Origin: an uncultured bacterium
Lineage (GTDB): Bacteria; Hydrothermota; Hydrothermia; B15-G9; WFZT01
Length of the DNA: 64,000 nucleotides
NCBI GenBank assembly: GCA_964571845.1
Contig: CAZNDM010000087.1
Location: 16,376 to 80,375 of the forward strand
Direction: 5' to 3'
Numbering within the stretch: the first letter of the stretch is position 1; every line of letters starts with the position of its first letter. Shown here in pieces: positions 57,000 through 64,000 of this stretch. The position numbers and the translations under genes are program-made. A model generated the notes under the pieces. The model was given only the letters and a program-made list of their open reading frames with translations, ran no database searches and was not told the DNA's origin.

Positions 57000-57709
57000 A
57001 GTTCGTATGTAACCCGATTGTTCTCTGTCTCCATTACTTCAATTTTCTTTACCTGAAACTCCTCGCCCAGGATTTTTGCGATATGGAGTGCAAGATACTC
57101 ACTTGTGGAAAAGGGCAAAACCGCATCGAGGTCTTTGAAATTTAGCTCGTTGAGCAATTCTCTTATCTTTTGAAAGTCTGCCCTCCCTTTTAACCAGATT
57201 GTTATGGAGTAATCATGGCCATGCTTTTCCTTTCCACAGATGCCATATACATCGCTACTCTTTACTCTCTCTTCTGGCAACCTGTGAGACGCAGAAATCC
57301 TGTGAGTAAAACCACTTAACACATCATCTCTGGTACAGACTGCAAACTCGTCCTCTCCGGTTTTAACGAGAACAGATGATATTCCCGGTAGTTTTTTAGA
57401 TGCCTCGCTGAATATGTACATTGCTATATTTTCGAGTGTGGGAAGTTTTTCCTTGAATTCATCAAGATCGTTCAGACATTTGTGATCAAGCCGGTCAACT
57501 ACAGGTGCGACTATTTCTTTCAGTTTCTCAAGATTGATAACCATTCCCGTCTCAGGATTTACCTCACCCTCGACTGTCACAAAGACTTCAAAGTTGTGCC
57601 CGTGGGGATTTACCGATTTTCCAAATACTTCTTTGTTTTTATCTTCAGTCCAGTTCCTGTTTACAAGGTAATGACACGCAGAGAACCTGAACCTTCTCGT
57701 TACCTTCAT
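56996..57709 (-). CDS. Tandem-domain 6-pyruvoyl-tetrahydropterin synthase / QueD-like protein (two T-fold PTPS domains)
   Basis: 237 aa. Domain 1 has FSACHYL...NPHGHNF. Domain 2 has ISASHRL...KHGHDY. Each half therefore carries the Cys/His...HGH zinc and catalytic motif. Confidence 0.6.
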   Translation of the reverse strand: MKVTRRFRFSACHYLVNRNWTEDKNKEVFGKSVNPHGHNFEVFVTVEGEVNPETGMVINLEKLKEIVAPVVDRLDHKCLNDLDEFKEKLPTLENIAMYIFSEASKKLPGISSVLVKTGEDEFAVCTRDDVLSGFTHRISASHRLPEERVKSSDVYGICGKEKHGHDYSITIWLKGRADFQKIRELLNELNFKDLDAVLPFSTSEYLALHIAKILGEEFQVKKIEVMETENNRVTYEL

Positions 57710-58059
57710 TTTACGAAAAACCTCACCGGCGGGCTGATCCCCCAGTTATCCCATTCGTCTCTGGCTCGAATAACGAGGGTGTGAGGAATTGTATCAGATA
57801 ACTCCCCGGTTGAAAAAAATAAACTATCTGTATCATGTGTGGTAAGAATGGACTGCCCATCGAGAATCAGCTGAATTTCTTTTATTCTGGAAGAGTCCTT
57901 GATAGAAGTTTTCACCTTTATTGTGTCACCCGAGAGTGTATCTCCATTTTCCGGATAGATTATCTTAACGATCGGTGGAGAAATATCCGGCTTGCCTGGT
58001 GGAGGAGCCTTGTGTCCGCACGCAGTAATAAGAATTGCAATTATGGCAAACTTCTTCAA
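57706..58059 (-). CDS. Small lipoprotein with an Ig-like (BIG-type) domain
   Basis: 117 aa. Lipobox ILITAC. The P-rich linker and beta-rich domain are my reading from the sequence. Confidence 0.4.
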   Translation of the reverse strand: MKKFAIIAILITACGHKAPPPGKPDISPPIVKIIYPENGDTLSGDTIKVKTSIKDSSRIKEIQLILDGQSILTTHDTDSLFFSTGELSDTIPHTLVIRARDEWDNWGISPPVRFFVK

Positions 58060-59549
58060 TATAATTTCACTCCTTTAACACCCGGAAAGTAATGGATGAG
58101 TATGTCTTTCATTTTAAATCCTTTTTCAGCCAGAATTCCAGCTCCAACCTGGCACATTCCGACACCGTGACCGGAGCCTCCTCCAAAGATAATGACCTTC
58201 TCTATATCCCCCTTTTCGTTTCTCTCGTAATCAACATAAAAGAGAGAGCTTTTGAGACCACCAAACAGTCTCCTTATCCTGTACTCACCATTTATCACAA
58301 TGTTCTTTTTTGACCCCGAGATCAAAAGTTCTGTGATCCTCCCTGACACTCCTCTTGTTAACGGTACTATTCCTTTTAGCTTTCCGATCTTTTCTCCTGT
58401 AAATTTTTTTACAAGTCTCTCAACATCCCTTCTCCCAAAAGCTACCTTCCACCTGAAATTTTTCCTGACATACCTCAGTATCACTGGATTTTCAACATTT
58501 TTACAGATTAGAGAATCGGGCGGGTATTTAATAAAAAGTCTGATTTCTACCGGATCCCGAAGATCAAGGTCAAAATTACCTTCTTTGACGCCCTTAAGGT
58601 AGGGAATCTCCGGGGTATTCCAGATGCAGGAAATGCTTTCTGTGTGTCCACCGCATGTTGAATGATAGAAGACTTTAGCAATTTTGTTCTGATAGAAAAG
58701 AACAATACCGCGTGTGGCATCAACAGCACTGTCTGAGATCGGAATCCTCTTGGAGGAAAACGCCTGTGATATGACAGAGGCAACAAAGTCATAAGGCTGG
58801 TATCTGAAGGACTTGCCAAGATGAGCAAGGGTAAAGGTTCTTGCCACCACAGCCTGGGCTTTTAAAGCTTCGAATGGGAATGCCGGTGGCATCTCCGCAG
58901 GTAAAACATGCCTTATGTAATCTTCAAGATCCTGTACGAGAACAACCACACCTTCTGCACCTGTGTTGACTGTAAAAACTACCTTTCCCGTTATACTGTC
59001 ACCCCTGCGAATGTAAAAGTAGCCCCATTCAGGCTGGAGAGTGAGGGAGTCATCCGACTCGACAATCCTGTTCCCCTTTGAATCCAGAAGTTCAAATTTC
59101 CCTCTCTGTGGCACATAGGGCTCCCTGTAGATATTTCCTTGAATACTTTCCTTTCTGTAAGGACCCTCAAGAATGTAGAAATCTCTATTGTCAACTGTAA
59201 ATCCGTTGAAGTGGATGATAGCCCCAACATCAACATAAAAAAGTCCTGCTGGAACATTTTTGATCGGTTCATCTGACCTGTCCACGATTTTGTAATAAAG
59301 GAACCTGGCTTTCTGAGGGTTTTTGAGACGGATTGTGTATCCTCCCGATGAAAGCCTGATCGTATCATTTACAGTGAAGCTCCCTTTAATTCCAAATGTC
59401 AGGGAGTTTTTGAAAGTTAAGACTTTAACCCTGATTTTAACAGGGTGTCTTAGAACCTTTACCCGTCTTACAGGTGGAATAGGGGGAGGGGGTTTTGTGA
59501 TCCTGTGGCAGGAGGAGAGCAACAGGAAAAATATTACAAATTTTCTCAT
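58056..59549 (-). CDS. SpoIID/LytB-domain protein
   Basis: 497 aa. SpoIID signature KAQAVVARTF...YHSTCGGHTE. Confidence 0.75.
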   Translation of the reverse strand: MRKFVIFFLLLSSCHRITKPPPPIPPVRRVKVLRHPVKIRVKVLTFKNSLTFGIKGSFTVNDTIRLSSGGYTIRLKNPQKARFLYYKIVDRSDEPIKNVPAGLFYVDVGAIIHFNGFTVDNRDFYILEGPYRKESIQGNIYREPYVPQRGKFELLDSKGNRIVESDDSLTLQPEWGYFYIRRGDSITGKVVFTVNTGAEGVVVLVQDLEDYIRHVLPAEMPPAFPFEALKAQAVVARTFTLAHLGKSFRYQPYDFVASVISQAFSSKRIPISDSAVDATRGIVLFYQNKIAKVFYHSTCGGHTESISCIWNTPEIPYLKGVKEGNFDLDLRDPVEIRLFIKYPPDSLICKNVENPVILRYVRKNFRWKVAFGRRDVERLVKKFTGEKIGKLKGIVPLTRGVSGRITELLISGSKKNIVINGEYRIRRLFGGLKSSLFYVDYERNEKGDIEKVIIFGGGSGHGVGMCQVGAGILAEKGFKMKDILIHYFPGVKGVKLY

Positions 59550-60412
59550 CTCGTGAGGATATTCAATCTGTCTCTTGCTCTCGTTGCATACGGTGATCTT
59601 TTGTAAAATACAATGAGTTTTTCGTATGTCTCAATAGCCTTGTCAAATTCTCCAATCTGCTCATACGATAGACCGAGATAAAAAAGGGCATCATCCATTA
59701 TCGTGTAGGGCTTGTTAAAATCAAGCACCCTTTTGAAGTAAGCTATGGCTGAGTCATAGATTTCCGTTTCGTAGTACATCTTTCCGATCTGGAATAGCGA
59801 GTTTCCTACTATCCAGTCCCTTTCAACAAACTTTGGATCAGCAGAATTTATCACCTCAAGAACATCCTGGTATCGCCCAACTTCATAAAGGCATTTTGCA
59901 TATGGAGCTGCAACATCCTTCAGGTCACCGCCTCCAAGAGAGATGTAGTTCTCGTAGTTCTCAACCGCTCTTTTACAATCACCTTTTTTATAATAATAAT
60001 CGCCAAGAATTTTGAATCTATGACCAAGATTAAAAAGCGGGTCAAATTGGATAACCTTTTCAAGGGCATAAATAGCGAGTCTTTTTTCCCCTTTTGAATA
60101 AGCACTATCCGCAATCTCTATGAGGAGATCTATGTAGTTTTTGCGGTCTTTTCCATAAATATTTCCGTTCATTGAATATAGGGTTTTGAGCGCCTTTGGA
60201 TACTTCCCCCACGCAAAATATACCTTTGCAAGGAGAATTCGGTATTTTGGCGGCAATCCGGAAGTTTCCTCCTGCTCAAGTATCAATGCCTCTGCTTTTT
60301 TAAACTGCTTTTCCTTTATCAGCTCCTCAACTTTTGATTCAACTGACCCTCCGAAGTTGCACGACTGAGTGAGGAAAAATATGGCAAATAGCGTAATTAC
60401 CGTCTTTTTCAT
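59546..60412 (-). CDS. Tetratricopeptide-repeat lipoprotein/secreted protein
   Basis: 288 aa. Signal peptide with a Cys (LTQSC), then multiple TPR-like W-LG-Y-A-F-P repeats. Confidence 0.65.
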   Translation of the reverse strand: MKKTVITLFAIFFLTQSCNFGGSVESKVEELIKEKQFKKAEALILEQEETSGLPPKYRILLAKVYFAWGKYPKALKTLYSMNGNIYGKDRKNYIDLLIEIADSAYSKGEKRLAIYALEKVIQFDPLFNLGHRFKILGDYYYKKGDCKRAVENYENYISLGGGDLKDVAAPYAKCLYEVGRYQDVLEVINSADPKFVERDWIVGNSLFQIGKMYYETEIYDSAIAYFKRVLDFNKPYTIMDDALFYLGLSYEQIGEFDKAIETYEKLIVFYKRSPYATRARDRLNILTR

Positions 60413-60464
60413 GGATTTTATTATAATCTTTGACCTGCGTGAGTAAAAGTTTTAAATTTTTAGC

Positions 60465-61199
60465 ATGTGTGAGATGAAATTTGTTTCCGAAGGTCCATAT
60501 CTTGTCCTGTTTATACACGGATTTTTTGGCAGCATAGAAACTTTTCGCGAGCAGGGTGAATTTTTAAAAAAACACGGCTTTTCGTACGCCCTTGTAACTT
60601 ATCCATCCACGGAATTCACCTTTGAGGACTTCATTGACTGTGTTGTTGAAAAACTTTTAGACCGGGGAGTAGAGAAATTCTCCGTAGTGGGAACCTCAAT
60701 GGGTGGGTTCTGTGCCCAGCTGTTTGCTTCAAGGTACAACAACAGAATAGACTCTCTTGTGCTTACAAATACATTTTCATCAACTTCTTATTTTAGAAGA
60801 AAAAACAGGCTCATTACTGCAATCGCGCCACTATTACCGGAAAAAGCGATAAAGTTTTACTTAAAAAGTGTGGTAAAAAAAGAATACGGCGGCTACAAAC
60901 AGGTCGGGAAATTGTTCGAAATGGTTGATTCACTCACGAAAAAAGATGTCCTTGTGAGGGTCAAAGCCCTGATGTCAATTGAAAGCGTAAGTTTTGACAA
61001 AAAATTCCCCGTAGCAGTATTTGACTCTGCTGATGATGTTACAATTCCCGATTTTTTAAAGACTGAACTGAAGTTTACAGCACAGCCAGATTTTGAATAC
61101 ACATTCCCGGAGGGAGGACATTTCCCTTACATTTTCAGAAAAAACGAGTTTAATCAGATTTTACTTCAGTTTCTTAAGGATGTTTACGCCCTCGAATAA
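60465..61199 (+). CDS. Alpha/beta hydrolase
   Basis: 244 aa. HGFFGS near the N-terminus and the nucleophile elbow GTSMGG. The start is uncertain, as there is no clear ribosome-binding site. Confidence 0.55.
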   Translation: MCEMKFVSEGPYLVLFIHGFFGSIETFREQGEFLKKHGFSYALVTYPSTEFTFEDFIDCVVEKLLDRGVEKFSVVGTSMGGFCAQLFASRYNNRIDSLVLTNTFSSTSYFRRKNRLITAIAPLLPEKAIKFYLKSVVKKEYGGYKQVGKLFEMVDSLTKKDVLVRVKALMSIESVSFDKKFPVAVFDSADDVTIPDFLKTELKFTAQPDFEYTFPEGGHFPYIFRKNEFNQILLQFLKDVYALE

Positions 61200-61704
61200 G
61201 ATTTCGCACCTTTTCAATCATCTTTCTATGCGTTGAAAAAGGTATTTCAGGCAGAGAATCGAGCGGGAAAAATCTGACATCAGCAGCATCGTCTCCAGCC
61301 TTTGGTTCTCCGGCAATCCACCTGAGCCTGTAACCAATGCTTATTATCCATCTGTACTTCAAACTTGACTGGCCATATATCCCGACAATTTCTTCAACTT
61401 CACCCTTTATTCCTGTCTCCTCAAGGAGTTCTCTTGTGGCAGTTTCTTCTGGCTGTTCTCCAATTTCCATAAAACCGGATGGAAGTGCCCACATACCTTC
61501 AGCTGGCGGCACACCCCTTTTCACGAGAAGGATCTCATTTTTATCATTTAAAACCACGCACGCAACCACGGGCACAGGATTTTCCCAGATTATCATGTCA
61601 CATGTGGGGCAATACAGCCTTTTCTCACCGTCGTGCAACTTCTTCTCAAGTCTGGTGCCACACAGAGGGCAATATTTGAACGGATAAAAGGGCTTTATTT
61701 CCAT
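61174..61704 (-). CDS. NUDIX hydrolase with an N-terminal C4 zinc ribbon
   Basis: Zinc ribbon CPLCGTRL...CPTCD, and Nudix box GMWALPSGFMEIGEQPEETATRELLEETGI. The ATG at 61702-61704 is verified and overlaps the sppA stop (TGATG). Confidence 0.75.
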   Translation of the reverse strand: MEIKPFYPFKYCPLCGTRLEKKLHDGEKRLYCPTCDMIIWENPVPVVACVVLNDKNEILLVKRGVPPAEGMWALPSGFMEIGEQPEETATRELLEETGIKGEVEEIVGIYGQSSLKYRWIISIGYRLRWIAGEPKAGDDAADVRFFPLDSLPEIPFSTHRKMIEKVRNLIRGRKHP

Positions 61705-63854
61705 CAATTTAGCTCCAGTTTGTATGGCATCATGTAAAGATACGGTGCCGTCAGTAAATTCATGTAAGTGCTTATACCGGCTCCAGGCAAATTAAAGGAA
61801 AACCTTCGCTCCGGATAAACTTTTACTTCAAAATCACCTTTAATACCCGCAAGCTTCGCCGCCTCCCTTATAGCCTCTGATAAACCACCAATTCTGTCAA
61901 CAAGCCCGATCTCCTTCGCTCTTCGCCCGCTCCAGATCCTTCCCCTTCCGATCACATTGACTGAATCCTTTGATATTCCTCTACACTCTGAAACACGAGA
62001 GATAAACATATCGTATCCCCATTGAAGCTCCTTTTCGAGGATTTCCCAGCCACGCGGAGAAAATTTCCTGAATAGAGAGTATTCATCTGCAAGTTTATTG
62101 GTCTTAAGAATCTTTGTGTTAACACCTATTTTCTCTGTAAACTCCTTAAAAACGAGCTTGCCACCGAGAATACCGATAGAGCCGGTTATTGTATTATTGT
62201 CTGCATAGATGAGGTTTCCAGGCGCTGCAATGTAGTACCCCCCTGAAGCAGCAAGCCATCCCATTGACACAACGAGTGGCTTCTCTTTTCTCAGTTTCAT
62301 CAGCTCCTGCCAGATCATCTCCGACGCAATTGCATCACCACCGCCTGAATTGATTCGAAATACCACTGCCTTGACATGCCTGTTTTCCCGAAGTTCCCTT
62401 ATTACTTTCACCATTGTAAGTGATCCGATGGTTTTACCTAAAATGCCATCTGAACTTTCGCCATTTACAATTGAACCTTCAGCTGTCAAAACGGCGATCA
62501 CAGGTTTCACCCACCCCTCGTCAACATATCTTCTTGTCCCGTATTCGGCAAACTCCTGTTCTTCGAGGTCAGTCTGATGTAGTATGCTATCAACGAGACC
62601 GTACTTCAGAGCCTGTTCAGAATTGAAATACCCAATTTCATCCATGAGCCTTCTCAGGCTGTCTTCAGAGATTTTCCTCGATTTAGACACCCGGGCAAGG
62701 AAATCGCTGAGAAAATCTTTGAGTAACTCTTCTGTCTGGATACTGTCGTATTCGGAAATATTCGATCTTGTGAAAGGCTCTACAGCACTTTTGTACTCTT
62801 TGATGTGGTACATTTCTGCCTCGACACCGAGTTTTTTCATGAGGTCAAGAAAATAAAACTTTGTGGCAACGAATCCGGGGATCAAAACTCCGCCCATCGT
62901 CTGAATAAACACCTTACTCCCCGCTGAAGCAAGGTAGTAAGTAATTGGATTGTAAATACTTGAAAAGAAATAGACTTTTTTCCCGCGAAATTTGAGTCTT
63001 TCGACCTCTTTTCTCAACTCCTCAGCCTGATTGTATGTGAGCTTCGGATTTTCGAGCTTTATAAGAATCTCTTTTACAAACACATCCTTTTCCAGACTTT
63101 CAAACTGCCTGAGCAGGTCAAAGAAACTTGTCTGACGTCTGAGAAAACGCATTTTGCCCACCTCAGGGTATGATCCTTTTAAGGTTAATTCAACCTTTCT
63201 CTTTTTCGGAAGTGAAATCCTCGAAGGATAGGTCTCCGATGATACGATAAGGCTGTAATCCGACGAATTTTCTCGACCTCTGTAACCAAGACCAAAATTG
63301 GAGGAGAAAACTCTCAGTCCTATACCCAGTTCCCCGGATCTGTTCATATCAAACGCAAACTGCATTCCCTTTATAGGTTCGAAAATCAATCCGCCGCCAT
63401 AATCTTCAATGGAATCAGAGTAAGAAATGTTTGCATAAATTCTGGCAATGCCTCCGAGAAGTCTCACACCTGTGCCACCTCTGACGACATAATCGTCTTC
63501 ACTTGCCCTTATGTATGTGTTGAATGTCAGAATGGTCCCGATTCTCTTGATCACGCCTGCCCTGAATGCGTAATTATCGCCTCTGGATAATCCAAATCCG
63601 ATAAAAGTGCCGTCAGCTATTTTAAAACCCGTGGCGTAGTGGAAAGTTTTTGTACTGTCAGTCAGAGAAACACCGATTCCGTAAAACCCGGCAAGCAGGC
63701 TGATATCTTTTTCCGCAGAACGAGATTCGAGGAGTAACTCAAATCCCGGCGTAAATCCTAAAGACGCAGGATTACCTGCTACACCTTCAGCCCTGAAGGG
63801 AAAAGCAGAGTTCCCATAAAAGCTTATCATTAGAATCATGCTAAAAATATTCAT
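61704..63854 (-). CDS. sppA: Signal peptide peptidase SppA, 67K type (tandem S49 domains), with an extra N-terminal domain of about 220 aa
   Basis: 716 aa. Signal peptide. Two S49 ClpP-like domains (…VVFRINSGGGDAIASEMIWQEL…SMGWLAASGGYYIA…). The ATG at 63852-63854 is verified, with a GGAGGTG ribosome-binding site. Confidence 0.75.
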   Translation of the reverse strand: MNIFSMILMISFYGNSAFPFRAEGVAGNPASLGFTPGFELLLESRSAEKDISLLAGFYGIGVSLTDSTKTFHYATGFKIADGTFIGFGLSRGDNYAFRAGVIKRIGTILTFNTYIRASEDDYVVRGGTGVRLLGGIARIYANISYSDSIEDYGGGLIFEPIKGMQFAFDMNRSGELGIGLRVFSSNFGLGYRGRENSSDYSLIVSSETYPSRISLPKKRKVELTLKGSYPEVGKMRFLRRQTSFFDLLRQFESLEKDVFVKEILIKLENPKLTYNQAEELRKEVERLKFRGKKVYFFSSIYNPITYYLASAGSKVFIQTMGGVLIPGFVATKFYFLDLMKKLGVEAEMYHIKEYKSAVEPFTRSNISEYDSIQTEELLKDFLSDFLARVSKSRKISEDSLRRLMDEIGYFNSEQALKYGLVDSILHQTDLEEQEFAEYGTRRYVDEGWVKPVIAVLTAEGSIVNGESSDGILGKTIGSLTMVKVIRELRENRHVKAVVFRINSGGGDAIASEMIWQELMKLRKEKPLVVSMGWLAASGGYYIAAPGNLIYADNNTITGSIGILGGKLVFKEFTEKIGVNTKILKTNKLADEYSLFRKFSPRGWEILEKELQWGYDMFISRVSECRGISKDSVNVIGRGRIWSGRRAKEIGLVDRIGGLSEAIREAAKLAGIKGDFEVKVYPERRFSFNLPGAGISTYMNLLTAPYLYMMPYKLELN

Positions 63855-64000
63855 AGAACACCTCCTGAATTAATGACGAAGTAAAAACCCCCCACCCCCA
63901 ATTGTCAACCATTGGACAAGGGCATCAAAAAATGCTTTTGGGAAGAGGAGAAATATAATTTTCAACTTCTTTCCTTTGTAGTGAGTATAGCTGTGTGGAG

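Overview
This is a densely coded chromosomal window of about 64 kb, around 45-47% GC by eye, most likely from a Gram-negative bacterium of the FCB superphylum. Evidence for that placement is two secreted proteins ending in T9SS-type C-terminal sorting domains, tandem GWxTD-like proteins, DUF3857/transglutaminase-like periplasmic proteins, and a short (279 aa) RpoD-like sigma factor. I support about 54 CDSs, most of them on the minus strand in operons with 1-4 nt start/stop overlaps. I found no rRNA, tRNA, CRISPR array, integrase or transposase.

Recognisable housekeeping content: thiL; an hspR-like MerR regulator with an rpoD-like sigma; htpX; an icd/leuB-family dehydrogenase; ahcY; a yhaM-like HD exonuclease; a TagB/F-like glycerophosphotransferase; rlmB; psiE; an xdhC-mocA-molybdopterin large subunit-2Fe2S small subunit cluster; gltX; an Rrf2 regulator; an aminotransferase; a tricorn-like S41 protease; a sugar ABC transporter; a peroxiredoxin; topA; trmI; ribH; ribBA; nagB; an LbH GlmU-like protein; an amidohydrolase; a cupin; a tandem-domain PTPS/QueD; SpoIID/LytB; a TPR protein; a NUDIX hydrolase; and sppA.

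Most unusual items:
- An 896-aa fusion of a Hanks-type Ser/Thr kinase domain and a UvrD/PcrA-like SF1 helicase, whose stop codon overlaps the gltX ribosome-binding site and whose gene lies downstream of an Rrf2 regulator.
- A tandem pair of secreted DUF3857/transglutaminase-like paralogs immediately upstream of it. One keeps the Cys-His-Asp triad; the other is a catalytically dead copy (Cys to Glu, His to Val).
- A tandem pair of GWxTD-like secreted proteins.
- A family of GC-rich hairpin repeats present only in three unusually long non-coding regions: 36.36-36.59 kb, 40.54-41.34 kb, and a 1.15-kb ORF-free stretch at 55.48-56.62 kb.

Coordinates of starts were checked by hand where stated. Several ORF-track starts are TTG or GTG, and I re-set those to the nearest ATG with a ribosome-binding site.
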